This document shows positions 29,712 through 40,224 of a stretch of 64,000 nucleotides of DNA, one piece after another. Source of the DNA: an uncultured virus (IMG/VR IMGVR_UViG_3300008339_000033) (lineage: Duplodnaviria; Heunggongvirae; Uroviricota; Caudoviricetes); the IMG/VR virus record IMGVR_UViG_3300008339_000033, one strand, 5' to 3'. Made by a program: the position numbers and the translations under genes. Under the pieces are notes generated by a model that was not told the DNA's origin, ran no database searches, and saw only the letters and a program-made list of their open reading frames with translations. Each line of letters starts with the position of its first letter. Positions within the stretch are counted from its first letter, which is position 1.

Positions 29712-31346
29712 TTAATTAAATGATGATGAACGCCAAGCGGTTCCATTATAAATATATAAAAGATTTGTAGAAGGGTTAAAATACATAGAACCTGTTTTAG
29801 GAGAGGATGGGTTGTTTGTATTGGTTGGTATCATAATAGAGCCTGATAAATTAGTATCTACATCTACTGTAAAACCATCTTTTCTAGTAGTATTATTACC
29901 TATACCAACTATGAATGAAGAACTAACATTACCTTGAACATTATAAGAACCAAATACTGTTTGGCTTGAGCCCGAGGCTATTGTGTTAAATCCCCCAGCA
30001 TGTGAATAATCTCCTAATGCTATTGTTCCAGTTCCTTCGGCGTGTGAATAATCTCCTATTGCTTGAGTACCAAATCCTTCAGCATGTGAACCATCTCCTG
30101 TTGTTGCAGAGCCTTTTCCTTCAGCATGTGAGTAAGCTCCATTTGTTGTAGTAGCTTCTCCTTCGGCATGTGAACGAAGACCTATTGCTAAAGTACTGTA
30201 TCCTTCAGCATGTGAATAATCTCCTCTTGCTTCTGTACCAGTTCCTTCAGCATGTGAATAATCTCCTCTTGCTTCTGTACCAGTTCCTTCAGCATGTGAA
30301 TTAATACCCGTTGCTAAAGTATTATATCCTTCGGCATGTGAATAATTACCAAATGATATTGTATTTTCTCCTTCAGCGTGTGAAAATGCTCCTATTGCTA
30401 TTGTAGCAGATCCTTCAGCATGAGACCAATCTGCTAATGTTACTGTATTACCTCCTTCAGCATGTGAATAGGATCCTAATGTAAGACTAGTATTTCCTTC
30501 AGCATGTGAATAAGCTGCAGATGATATTGTTTGATCACCTGTCCAATTTTTTACTCCATATATTAAATCACCTACATAAGCTGTAGTTGTATTAATTAAA
30601 GAAGTATATAATTCAATTATTGTTTCTGTAGTATAATATGATTGACTTATTTTAAATGATGTTATTCCATAATTATTATCAAATAGGGCATCATATACTA
30701 ACAATTGATTATTTGTAATAAACTCACCACTAACATCTCCATAAGCCGCAGATAATGTTACTATGCCACTTGATATTGATGCTGAGTATGCGGTGTTTGT
30801 GCCTGTGAGAGAGGATCTTCCTTCGGCATGTGAATAATCTCCTAAAGTTAATGTTAATCCTCCTTCTGCATGTGAGTAAGAGCCTGAAGCTATTGTACTA
30901 TTTCCTTCAGTATGAGAATAATTTCCAAAAGCTACTGTTGATGATCCTTCAGCATGTGACCAATGTCCTTTAGCTTGAGCATCATTTCCTTCAGCATGTG
31001 ATGCATCTCCTATTGCATCTGTATCTGCTCCTTGAGCAAAAGAATATTGACCTGATGCTACAACATTTGTATCTCCAAATTGTAAAGATTGACTAGCTGC
31101 TATAAATGTAAAACTAACATCTCCACCAAATGCTCCTCCATTATTGAATTGAACTTGTGTATTTGAACCACCTGGTGTTCCACTACCACCTCCACCTACT
31201 GCGGTTGAAGTAGTATAACTAATGACACCTGAAGCAGAATTATAAACTAATATATTAGTTAATGATGATGCTGTGGGTAAATTATTTAATAATAAAGAAG
31301 CTGTTGAACTTCCACTAATTATAATATCTGATGTTATTAATCCCAT
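29712..31346 (-). CDS. tail fibre/adhesin with YadA-head-like 14 aa (G..SHAEG) repeats (likely start MGLITS at 31346)
   Basis: About 19 SHAEG-type repeats in two blocks; C-terminal GSMYFNPSTN..YIYNGTAW. Confidence 0.8.
   Translation of the reverse strand: MGLITSDIIISGSSTASLLLNNLPTASSLTNILVYNSASGVISYTTSTAVGGGGSGTPGGSNTQVQFNNGGAFGGDVSFTFIAASQSLQFGDTNVVASGQYSFAQGADTDAIGDASHAEGNDAQAKGHWSHAEGSSTVAFGNYSHTEGNSTIASGSYSHAEGGLTLTLGDYSHAEGRSSLTGTNTAYSASISSGIVTLSAAYGDVSGEFITNNQLLVYDALFDNNYGITSFKISQSYYTTETIIELYTSLINTTTAYVGDLIYGVKNWTGDQTISSAAYSHAEGNTSLTLGSYSHAEGGNTVTLADWSHAEGSATIAIGAFSHAEGENTISFGNYSHAEGYNTLATGINSHAEGTGTEARGDYSHAEGTGTEARGDYSHAEGYSTLAIGLRSHAEGEATTTNGAYSHAEGKGSATTGDGSHAEGFGTQAIGDYSHAEGTGTIALGDYSHAGGFNTIASGSSQTVFGSYNVQGNVSSSFIVGIGNNTTRKDGFTVDVDTNLSGSIMIPTNTNNPSSPKTGSMYFNPSTNLLYIYNGTAWRSSSFN
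30201..30301. repeat. perfect 42 bp tandem repeat (about 2.4 copies)
   Basis: tccttcagcatgtgaataatctcctcttgcttctgtaccagt at 30201 and 30243, partial copy at 30285. Confidence 0.95.
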
Positions 31347-31365
31347 TTTTTCATTTATTTTTTTA

Positions 31366-33030
31366 TTATGGTGTAACAGTTGTTCCTCCTGAATATGAGG
31401 TTCCATTCCATTTTTGGATAACTAAATTTGCACCTGATGGAGCTATTCTCCAACTACCTACTGATCCACTAGCTCCTAAATATATAGCACAGTCATTTGA
31501 TGTATTAGTAGATCCACTAGTTATTGTTAAACTTCCTGAAGTTACAATACTTCCTGAATTTGATAATATACCAGAAGGTACATCTAATGTCATTTTTTTA
31601 GTAGTTGAACCTAAAGTAAAACCACTATCATAATGCCATTCAAATGAACTAGCTGCAGAAGTATTAAGAATTGAATTAATATATTTTATTGGTCTGTTTA
31701 CATCTCCTGTAGAAATAGGATATACTGAAAAATTAGTACCTCCTGCAAAATAAGTATTAATAGTACTACTTTTTGGTAATGTTACTATTGCTGCTCTTGA
31801 ACCAGTAATTCCATTTCCTGCATCAACTTGAAAAGTAGTATATGCTGAGGATCCATTGTTTGTATTAACAATATCTGCTGATTGAAGACTATTTTGATTA
31901 GCAGTAATATTTAATGAACCAGTTATTATAGCTGAACCTGTTACTATTAATGAACCTGTTAATCTTGCAGTATTGTTTGTATAATTAAATGTAAAATTAC
32001 CTGAACCGCTAAAAGCTGATCCACTATTAAATTGGATTTGAGTATCTGAACCACCAGGTGTAGTTGATGGTCCACCACCAGATCCAGTTGCAACTGTTAA
32101 GCTAAATTGATTACCATTGCCTTTTGTGAATGTAATTGTATTCGAGCTTACAGAAGCTGTTAAAAGAGCTGTAAGAGCATAAGAAGATGTCGTTGCAAAA
32201 GATGCTGTTCCTAATAATGAACCAGTAGCAATTAAATTTTCTAATGTTAATTGTCCGTTTATATTATTATAAGAACTACTAACTACCCCACCAAAAAGAC
32301 CACCTCCTGCATTGTATTGAAGACTATTTATGGGGGCAGATGATGCCCCAGATCCTGTTTTAGCTAATAAAGCTATAACTCCTGGTGTTGCATAACTTAC
32401 CTCTAGGGTAGCTATATTTGAAGAAGATATATTGATATATGAAGCACTGATTGCTTGAGAGGCTGATTGAGCCCATGAAGAAGTTCCTAATAATGAACCT
32501 GTAAATGATCCAGTAAATGAACCTGTTGCTCTTAATCCAAATGAAGAACTATAAACTAAATCAGGTACCCCTCCAAAAGCACTTCCACTATTATATTGAA
32601 TTTCTGTTGGATTACCACCAGGTGTTGTTGGGCTTCCGCCACCTCCACCAGAACCTGTAGTATGGACTACACCAGTTGTAGTATCAACTACTAAAAATTT
32701 AGTTCCTGATGATTTATCAATTAATGAACCTGTTATAATAACATTACTACCTGAAACTACTAAAGCGTAATTTGAAGGATTTCCCATTTTAATTTGATTA
32801 TCGGAAAATACTTCTAATATAGATAAACCAGATATATTATTTACAGAAAATAATGAACCTGATAAGTTGTCCATTATTTTTAGAATTGAACCTGTAGTAC
32901 CTACAAAATTTACTGAACCTGAAGGTTCAACTAATAAAACTATAGGGTTAGCTGCACTACCACTAAATTGCATTAATGATTGGCTAGGGATTATAAATAT
33001 ATCGTTGTTAGTATTCGATTGTAATGACAT
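31366..33030 (-). CDS. Ser/Gly/Thr-rich tail fibre-like protein
   Basis: Repeated TPGGxxTxIQxNxGxAFxG and TGSLxxTGS modules. Confidence 0.7.
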   Translation of the reverse strand: MSLQSNTNNDIFIIPSQSLMQFSGSAANPIVLLVEPSGSVNFVGTTGSILKIMDNLSGSLFSVNNISGLSILEVFSDNQIKMGNPSNYALVVSGSNVIITGSLIDKSSGTKFLVVDTTTGVVHTTGSGGGGGSPTTPGGNPTEIQYNSGSAFGGVPDLVYSSSFGLRATGSFTGSFTGSLLGTSSWAQSASQAISASYINISSSNIATLEVSYATPGVIALLAKTGSGASSAPINSLQYNAGGGLFGGVVSSSYNNINGQLTLENLIATGSLLGTASFATTSSYALTALLTASVSSNTITFTKGNGNQFSLTVATGSGGGPSTTPGGSDTQIQFNSGSAFSGSGNFTFNYTNNTARLTGSLIVTGSAIITGSLNITANQNSLQSADIVNTNNGSSAYTTFQVDAGNGITGSRAAIVTLPKSSTINTYFAGGTNFSVYPISTGDVNRPIKYINSILNTSAASSFEWHYDSGFTLGSTTKKMTLDVPSGILSNSGSIVTSGSLTITSGSTNTSNDCAIYLGASGSVGSWRIAPSGANLVIQKWNGTSYSGGTTVTP

Positions 33031-33043
33031 ATTATTATTTTGT

Positions 33044-33051
33044 TATAAATA
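33044..33051 (-). promoter_or_regulatory. late-type promoter motif TATTTATA
   Basis: 13 nt before ATG 33030. Confidence 0.65.
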
Positions 33052-34209
33052 TTATAAGGTTTGCCAAGGTCTAAATCTGTATCGATGAGCAAAATAATTT
33101 TGTTCTACTTCTTGTGGGGTTAATGCTCTGTTATAGACTTGAAATAAATAAAAATAGGCATCTGATTGGTATGCAGTTCCTAAAGCAGATGCTGGAGTAG
33201 GTCCATTTATTGATCCTTCTAATTGTCTATCAGTAGCACCAACCCAAGCACCTAAAGATAGTGCTGAATTACTTCCTAGATAATTTCCAGTAGTGCTAGC
33301 TCCTGAAACTGTATCCCCAACTGTTTTATATCCATTTACATAAAGTTTAACTCTTCCATTATTTGCAGGTTGAGTATAATCAAATGTTATACATACATTT
33401 ATGGGTTCTTTATCAGGAATAGTATATTGAGTATTAGTAATAATAATAGGTCTTCTTGTTGTTCCTCCTATAGATTGAGGATTTTCACTAAATTCAGCTC
33501 TTATATAATATGGATTAGTAGTAACATTGGGTAAAGGAGTATCAGTAGTTTTATCCCATGCTGAAGGGAAAAATAAACCTATATAAAAATGTCTGTTTTC
33601 TCCTAAATTACTACCTATCCATCCTGGTCCTGATTCTACTATAATATTATCAGCATATTTAGCTACTAACATTGGAAAATTTCTACGAGGAAACCAATCT
33701 CTACTAGTAAGACCACTAGATATACTTTGGGCTATTTGTTTAGAATAATCTATTTCAAACCACAAGTTTATAGTAAAAGTAGGAGAAGTTCCTGTAGCTA
33801 TATTTCCTCCTCCTCCTTGTGTGGTTCCTTTAATTGAACCTGTTCCTACAAATACATTATCTAATATTTTTCCAAAATTAACGAATGAACTACTCATAGG
33901 AGTATTTAAATCAGTTCCAGGGATTACATAACTTGAACTAGCTTTTATATGAATTCTTCCTTGATCTATAGAATCCCATGAAGGAACTACTGCTACTGAA
34001 CCAGATAAACTACCACTATAATTATTTTTAGTTAAATCATACCATATATCTCCTGAGCCTGGATAGCTTAAAGGATTAGCAGCATCTACATATAATACTA
34101 AACCATCGGAAACTTGTTTAGGTCCATATGCTACTGATCCTGAGTGATTACTAAATAGACCACCAGAGGTAATTAAAACACTACCTGAGGCTGATGAAAC
34201 TATAGACAT
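33052..34209 (-). CDS. virion protein with LamG/concanavalin-like domain
   Basis: DGLVLYVDAANPLSYPGSG..WYDL; KLYVNG; QVYNRALTPQEVEQNY. Confidence 0.8.
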   Translation of the reverse strand: MSIVSSASGSVLITSGGLFSNHSGSVAYGPKQVSDGLVLYVDAANPLSYPGSGDIWYDLTKNNYSGSLSGSVAVVPSWDSIDQGRIHIKASSSYVIPGTDLNTPMSSSFVNFGKILDNVFVGTGSIKGTTQGGGGNIATGTSPTFTINLWFEIDYSKQIAQSISSGLTSRDWFPRRNFPMLVAKYADNIIVESGPGWIGSNLGENRHFYIGLFFPSAWDKTTDTPLPNVTTNPYYIRAEFSENPQSIGGTTRRPIIITNTQYTIPDKEPINVCITFDYTQPANNGRVKLYVNGYKTVGDTVSGASTTGNYLGSNSALSLGAWVGATDRQLEGSINGPTPASALGTAYQSDAYFYLFQVYNRALTPQEVEQNYFAHRYRFRPWQTL

Positions 34210-36726
34210 TTATAATATTGTTTTTAATTTTGGAACATCTTTTCTTTCAGCAAATATTTGATAATGGAAATTAGGAGTTAATGTATTTGATCCTATAATA
34301 ACTTTATTATCTATGATATCTAATATATGAAGATTTTGATATTCTCCAACACTAGTTAAATTAACTGTTATTGTATCTTGATCTATTAACCAACTCCATT
34401 CCTCAGGTAATTCAATTATGTGAGAATTTGATTTACCTCTTACAAACACACTATGTTCTGGTCCTTCGGTTACACCATATTGTAGATATTTACCTTCTTG
34501 TGTTTTATGGGGTACAATAAATGATTTTGTTGTAGCACCGAATGAACCTGATACTTCTAATGTATATTCAGGAGTAATTTTATTTATACCTAATCTATTA
34601 GTACTAATATCCCAAAATACTCCTATCTGATTACTTGCTGAAACAGGATATAATGATTGAGAGGTACTTCCTGAATAAAAAGATAAATATCCTGTAGGTC
34701 CTGGATTGATATAACTTGGTATATTAATAGAGGCTGTTACTGGATCTGCTGAGTAGGTAACTGATACTCCAGATCCTGTAAATTCTATCATTCTGGAACT
34801 GGTTATATTAGAACCGGATTTAACTTTTACTCGTTGATATTCATCACTAGATGTATAATATAATTGTCCTGTAGTTGGATTATATGTTATTATATTTGAG
34901 ATTGATGATGTTGTGGCCAATCCTGTGAAAAACACAGAACTGGTTGTATATAACGATGAAGAAAATACTGCCCCAGAAGACGATAATATATAAGTTCCTC
35001 CTGAGTTGCTAACTATTAAACTTCCTGTTAATTGTACTTGATTTGAGGAAGATATAAAATTAAATGTTGTTGCACCAGCAGGTGATGAACCACTATTATA
35101 TTGAATATTTCCATTAACTCCTGCAGTGCCTGGTATATGGATAGATGCTGTGTTTGTATTTACTTGAGTTGGAACAACTCCACTTCCTGAAAATAAAAAC
35201 GATGAAGCGGTTGGAACTAATGAATTATTAGAGGTACTTTGAACTGAAGGTAAACCTGAAGGAGAAGATATAGTAATAGTTGCTGTTCCTGAAGAGGTAG
35301 CAACTGTTGCTCCTACAAAATTAATAGTTGTATTTGAACCTTTATTAGCTCCATTATCTTGAATTATTACACCACTGGTTGCTGGGATAAAAATACTTGC
35401 TGTATTTCCAACTACTGAAACTGTAGATACTCCTGAACCTGAGAAATTTAATAGTTTAACTATATTTGAGGAGTCAACAGCACCATCTTTAGCTACTTTC
35501 ATTGTTCCATCAATAGTAGCAACATTTCCTGCCACACTAACATCTAAATTATCAGCAAAATTTAATGTAAATGCTGAACCTTCACCACTTCCTCCATCTT
35601 GGATTTGAACCCCTCCTAAAATACTACTAGAAACTGATATAGTTGCAACTCCTCCTACTACACTAGCAGTAATAAAATCAGTAAAATTTAAAGTAACTGC
35701 TTGATTGGTAACACCCCCATCATCTTGAACTCCAACAGTACCATTTATTCTAATATTAGGAGTATAATTTATATAATCAATTTCAATATTAGAATTTCCA
35801 GTTAAAGGAACATATGAAGCGGTAAGTGCTCTAGAAGCAGTACTTGCAAAAGAAGCTGTTCCAAATAATGATCCACTGAATGAGCCAGTAAATGAACCTG
35901 TTGCTATTGTATTAAATAAAGTTGTTTGTCCACCTGATACTATTAAACTTCCAGTAATTGTTTGATTTCCATTAAATTGATTAGAGGATGTAGTGGCAAA
36001 TGCCCCAGTTTGTGCAACTAACAAATATGGAGACAACATTGAAGATGTTTGAGCTATAAGTAGATATCCACTTAAATCTGGGGGTGTTAATGCACTAGTA
36101 CTTTGGGTGTAAAATAATTGTCCTGTAGTGTTGTCATAGGTTAAAATATAACCACCACCTACTCCTTGTGTTAAACCTGGAAGATTTGTTGAACCCGTAA
36201 CAGTTAAATTACCTGAGATGATCTGGTTTCCTCTAAAAATATTAGAAGCAGTTGTAGCAAATGCCCCAGTTTGAGCTATCAATAGATAAGGAGCTAACAT
36301 CGAAGATGTTTGAGCTATCAATAGATAAGGCCCCAACATTGATGCTGTTTGATTTACTAATAAGTAATTTCCTAATAATCCTGCGCTTGAAGTAGTATAA
36401 ATTTTGCCAGTTGATGAATCGTATGTTACAAAATTAGTTGCTGTAGCAGAAGTACCTAAACTATCTATTATTAATTCAGCTGAGCTTCCTGAAAGTAAAA
36501 ATGTATTATTATTAAATTGTTTTCCATTTACAACTAATTTATATACAGGAGATGGATTGATAGTATTAATACCAACATTTCTAGAGGCACTAACATATAA
36601 AATTCCTAACCCTGCATTAATATCATAACCAGTAGTCCCGCTTAAACCATCAATAATTCTATAAACGTGTTCATCATAAATTATCTGACCATCGACAATA
36701 CCACCAGAAGGAATATAATTTGGCAT
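34210..36726 (-). CDS. long tail fibre-like protein with C-terminal chaperone-like domain
   Basis: VGINT..P..KLVVNG repeats; C-terminal TKSFIVPH...GVTEGPEHSVFVRG...IFAERKD. Confidence 0.72.
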   Translation of the reverse strand: MPNYIPSGGIVDGQIIYDEHVYRIIDGLSGTTGYDINAGLGILYVSASRNVGINTINPSPVYKLVVNGKQFNNNTFLLSGSSAELIIDSLGTSATATNFVTYDSSTGKIYTTSSAGLLGNYLLVNQTASMLGPYLLIAQTSSMLAPYLLIAQTGAFATTASNIFRGNQIISGNLTVTGSTNLPGLTQGVGGGYILTYDNTTGQLFYTQSTSALTPPDLSGYLLIAQTSSMLSPYLLVAQTGAFATTSSNQFNGNQTITGSLIVSGGQTTLFNTIATGSFTGSFSGSLFGTASFASTASRALTASYVPLTGNSNIEIDYINYTPNIRINGTVGVQDDGGVTNQAVTLNFTDFITASVVGGVATISVSSSILGGVQIQDGGSGEGSAFTLNFADNLDVSVAGNVATIDGTMKVAKDGAVDSSNIVKLLNFSGSGVSTVSVVGNTASIFIPATSGVIIQDNGANKGSNTTINFVGATVATSSGTATITISSPSGLPSVQSTSNNSLVPTASSFLFSGSGVVPTQVNTNTASIHIPGTAGVNGNIQYNSGSSPAGATTFNFISSSNQVQLTGSLIVSNSGGTYILSSSGAVFSSSLYTTSSVFFTGLATTSSISNIITYNPTTGQLYYTSSDEYQRVKVKSGSNITSSRMIEFTGSGVSVTYSADPVTASINIPSYINPGPTGYLSFYSGSTSQSLYPVSASNQIGVFWDISTNRLGINKITPEYTLEVSGSFGATTKSFIVPHKTQEGKYLQYGVTEGPEHSVFVRGKSNSHIIELPEEWSWLIDQDTITVNLTSVGEYQNLHILDIIDNKVIIGSNTLTPNFHYQIFAERKDVPKLKTIL

Positions 36727-36742
36727 ATTTTTATTTTTTTAT

Positions 36743-36750
36743 TATAAATA
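36743..36750 (-). promoter_or_regulatory. late-type promoter motif TATTTATA
   Basis: 16 nt before ATG 36726. Confidence 0.65.
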
Positions 36751-37617
36751 TTAAGATTTAATGTTTTTAATATCAGAAACCACTTCTGTTGTAAAAGTTA
36801 ATTTAGATCTATTAGAGAATTTTTTAATAGAATTCAAATCTTTTTGTATTACATCAGGAATTAAATACCCAGCTAATTTAAAAGTAAAAGTACATTTAAC
36901 TATCCTATCTTCAGTTTCTGAAACTTCTATAGTATCAGTAAATGAATCTATTGTAACCTTAAATTTAAAACGTTCAGGCTCACCCCAATAAGAATCTGAT
37001 GCGTATTGCATCATTTCTATTAATTTATTCATCTGTTCTACATAATATGTAAACATTACACATTCATATGTTGCTGTAACAAAATCAGGAACAACAACAG
37101 CATAATATGTTTCTTCAGGAATAGTATTATTTAAAATAGAAAAATTATCATAATAATTTTTAGGAGAATATTTTTTTACTGAAACACCATAATTAATGGG
37201 ATTATTAGCATCTAATTTATTTGTAACTGTTCTATTTTTATCTAAAGATGTTCTTTTAAATACTATTAAAGGACTCATTCCTTTACCTTTTAAATCTCTA
37301 TAATACCCATCTTTTTGATATGATTTCCATTTTTCAGGGGAGCCATAAATTATAGGTACAGGAATTCTTTGTTCATTTTGTAAAACAGAAGGTTTTATAA
37401 TATTTTCAAAATAATAAAATACAGCTTCATCTAAATCTTGTATATTGATACTAAAAGGTTTTGTTGTATCTCCTTTAAATGAAGTTTGTAAAGCTCTATT
37501 ATTTTTGTCAGGTACAGAATCATTAGGATTCCCTGATTCTTTATCATAAGCAGTATGTTGACCTATTGATATTTCTTTTTGAGTTTTAGGAATAGGTTTA
37601 CGTCCTTGTTGTGCCAT
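36751..37617 (-). CDS. tail terminator / sheath stabiliser (gp15-like)
   Basis: IPVPIIYGSPEKWK; follows the neck genes. Confidence 0.65.
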   Translation of the reverse strand: MAQQGRKPIPKTQKEISIGQHTAYDKESGNPNDSVPDKNNRALQTSFKGDTTKPFSINIQDLDEAVFYYFENIIKPSVLQNEQRIPVPIIYGSPEKWKSYQKDGYYRDLKGKGMSPLIVFKRTSLDKNRTVTNKLDANNPINYGVSVKKYSPKNYYDNFSILNNTIPEETYYAVVVPDFVTATYECVMFTYYVEQMNKLIEMMQYASDSYWGEPERFKFKVTIDSFTDTIEVSETEDRIVKCTFTFKLAGYLIPDVIQKDLNSIKKFSNRSKLTFTTEVVSDIKNIKS

Positions 37618-38126
37618 TATAATCTAGTTTTATCAATATTATATTTATCAGCAGGAACATAATGAGTTTTACATATAATAGATACATCCCAACCAAAATT
37701 AGATAATCCTGGGTTTAATGGGTTTGTTTCATTTGGGAAATCGGGATCTTTACCTACAAATAATTGATTATTAATTATAGTATCTACTTCAAAATAACCT
37801 TCTTGATACATAATAACATCACCAATTTCAGGGAGTACATTTGCTATTTTTAGATCATCTAATAGGAAAGCAAAATTAGCCCCCCAAATTAAATCAACAC
37901 CAAACCCATTAGTTGGATAAGATTGATCATTTCTTTCAACTAAACAATTAAGTAATACTGGAGGGTTAAAATATTTATTTTGAGCAGCTTCCCCATAAAT
38001 ATTAGTTTTAGTTTTTTCTAAAATATATTTATAATATGCTGCTTGTTGAGTAATGATATCTCCCATTAACTCTCGGTTAATATATCTAAATACAGAAATA
38101 TCTCTAGATGAGCCAAATAATGCCAT
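37617..38126 (-). CDS. neck / head-closure protein (gp14-like)
   Basis: TNIYGEA..KYF, PEIGDVI..YFEV. Confidence 0.7.
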   Translation of the reverse strand: MALFGSSRDISVFRYINRELMGDIITQQAAYYKYILEKTKTNIYGEAAQNKYFNPPVLLNCLVERNDQSYPTNGFGVDLIWGANFAFLLDDLKIANVLPEIGDVIMYQEGYFEVDTIINNQLFVGKDPDFPNETNPLNPGLSNFGWDVSIICKTHYVPADKYNIDKTRL

Positions 38127-38127
38127 A

Positions 38128-39285
38128 TTATCCTATATATATTGTTAATGGTACTTTATTTAATTCTTGAATTCTAAAGTCACTTTCATCTTTTCTTCTT
38201 TCCAATAATGCTTTATTAGAAGTCTCATCAAGATAAGTTCTTAATCTTTCAATTAAAGCTGTTCTTTCATTAGCTGCGGCTGAAATTAAATCAGCAGCAT
38301 TTAACCTAACTTCACTATTAGGAATGGGTACATTATCGTATTTACCTCTAACATATCCTAACATTTCTTTACATAATGCTAAAGTATATTCAAAAATCCA
38401 CGATCTACCAACTGAATTTATTTGGGTATAAGTAGGATTAGTATAAGGTACATTAGATACATTAGTTATACCACTTCCACTTCCAGGATATGTAATTGAA
38501 TTTAATAATCTATCTTCAGTTTTAATATATCTAAACCAAAGATTATGATGATTTCGTGGAATAGGAAATATTTTTAATCGATTATTTATAATTTCAAATG
38601 TATAATTAGATAATCGGATTTGCTCACTCATTTCTAATTGTTGTAAAACCTGCATATCATAATTTACAGGTGACATTAGAAAATTCAATGCTGGGCTAAA
38701 ACTACCAAATCCAAATGAATTAATAGCATTAGCAGCTCCAAATCCTGAACCTAATCCAGCATAAGGATCATAAAATCTAGTTAATGCAGGAGGTGCTTGA
38801 TAAAATACTTGTTTTATTTCTATAGGACTAGTAATACTTTGCGAAACAGCCCATTCATTTAAATCATATTCTTGAACTCCTGGTTGTAAATGTAATGAAC
38901 CTGAATACCATGTTACATTTCCACCAACACCAGCCTCTGCTCCATATTGTTCAGATATTTTAATTACATTGGCTAAATTAGGAGTAATTAATGCATTATT
39001 TAATGAAACTATATCTTCTGTGGGGGTACCATCTAAGGTCAAAATATTATCCCTAACTTTATAGGCATATAATTCATTACCATAAGTAGTAACAGCCATT
39101 TCAAAAGCTGTATAAAAATTTATATTCTGTAGTTCAACTTCCATTATAGGATATCCTAAACGTTGAGCACAGAATTTAGCTACTTTATCTGCATCTAATT
39201 GAAATTGGAGATCAGTATCATAAAATCCAAAAGGAGTATCTCCTATAGAAAATGAACTAGATCCAGGCCAAATAGGTTTGTTCAT
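38128..39285 (-). CDS. neck / head-tail adaptor protein (gp13-like)
   Basis: RLGYPIMEVEL, WIFEYTLALCKEMLGYVRGKY, C-terminal PLTIYIG. Confidence 0.85.
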   Translation of the reverse strand: MNKPIWPGSSSFSIGDTPFGFYDTDLQFQLDADKVAKFCAQRLGYPIMEVELQNINFYTAFEMAVTTYGNELYAYKVRDNILTLDGTPTEDIVSLNNALITPNLANVIKISEQYGAEAGVGGNVTWYSGSLHLQPGVQEYDLNEWAVSQSITSPIEIKQVFYQAPPALTRFYDPYAGLGSGFGAANAINSFGFGSFSPALNFLMSPVNYDMQVLQQLEMSEQIRLSNYTFEIINNRLKIFPIPRNHHNLWFRYIKTEDRLLNSITYPGSGSGITNVSNVPYTNPTYTQINSVGRSWIFEYTLALCKEMLGYVRGKYDNVPIPNSEVRLNAADLISAAANERTALIERLRTYLDETSNKALLERRKDESDFRIQELNKVPLTIYIG

Positions 39286-39297
39286 GGCGGTTTTTGT

Positions 39298-39305
39298 TAT
39301 AAATA
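39298..39305 (-). promoter_or_regulatory. late-type promoter motif TATTTATA (neck)
   Basis: After a terminator, 12 nt before ATG. Confidence 0.65.
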
Positions 39306-39307
39306 TG

Positions 39308-39341
39308 AAAAAAAGAAGGCTCGTCTAATTGACGAGCCCTT
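39308..39341 (-). terminator. intrinsic terminator
   Basis: GGCTCGTC/GACGAGCC stem followed by a U tract. Confidence 0.8.
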
Positions 39342-39358
39342 ATATAAATATATATTTT

Positions 39359-39685
39359 TTAAACTAATGAACCTGATCTCCAAGCTCCTCCTAACCAAAC
39401 AAACATTTTATAACCGCCAGAACCACTTCCAAACAAAAATTGACCTTCTGAGCCATTAAATGTAGGAGCAATCCCTGATAATGAAGCTGTTGGAGTTAAT
39501 AAAGCCCCAAAAACATTATTTATAGTTAATAATCCTGAAATATCAGTAGATCCTGTAATTATTAAAGATCCTGAGGTGGTGAAAGAACCAGTTACAGCAT
39601 GTGAACCAGTAAAATATTCAAAATTAGCATCTAATTCTTGAATTGTTAATGCTGAACCTTTGGTTTGTCTGTATGTTAGTGCCAT
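39359..39685 (-). CDS. small fibre/decoration-like virion protein
   Basis: N-terminal LTYRQTKGSALTIQELDANF motif typical of phage fibre N-termini. Confidence 0.65.
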   Translation of the reverse strand: MALTYRQTKGSALTIQELDANFEYFTGSHAVTGSFTTSGSLIITGSTDISGLLTINNVFGALLTPTASLSGIAPTFNGSEGQFLFGSGSGGYKMFVWLGGAWRSGSLV

Positions 39686-39710
39686 TTTTTTGTTATAAAT
39701 ATTAAAGGGT

Positions 39711-40196
39711 TTATGAAGATGCTACTACATATTCAAGTTGAATGTTAGAACCAGATGCTTTTGCTTTTACAGTATCATAATAATAAAAATTAGAATAATA
39801 TGTTTCATCAACATAATTTTCAACTACATAATCATTAGTTGATGAAGCATTAAATTCAGCATTACTTAACATTAATGATTTTTTAGAATCTAATTGAAAA
39901 ATTGAACTTTCATTACCTGTAGAAATCAAGTATATTTCAGCTGATCCAGTAGAAGATAAATTAGTAATTCTTATATATTTTACTTGATCCTTTACAAAAG
40001 ATCCTGCAGTTTGTTGTTCTTCACTATCTACAAATTTTAAAATTTCAATCCCTGAACCACTAAAAGTTGTTGATATAGTATCAACTCTTTTTACCATTTG
40101 ATTAACGCCCGATATTGTAACAGTATTTAAAGATGTTTCAATATTTTTATTAGGTAAAGTAATTTGTTCTGAGATGATAATTTTTAAATCAGACAT
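39711..40196 (-). CDS. hypothetical (beta-rich) virion protein
   Basis: 161 aa; late promoter variant at 40208-40216. Confidence 0.65.
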   Translation of the reverse strand: MSDLKIIISEQITLPNKNIETSLNTVTISGVNQMVKRVDTISTTFSGSGIEILKFVDSEEQQTAGSFVKDQVKYIRITNLSSTGSAEIYLISTGNESSIFQLDSKKSLMLSNAEFNASSTNDYVVENYVDETYYSNFYYYDTVKAKASGSNIQLEYVVASS

Positions 40197-40224
40197 GGTG
40201 TTTTTATAATAAATATGATAAGAA

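Noticed and set aside
29712..36726. Diversity-generating retroelement acting on fibre genes
   Set aside because: No reverse transcriptase, and no repeat pair differing only at adenines was seen.
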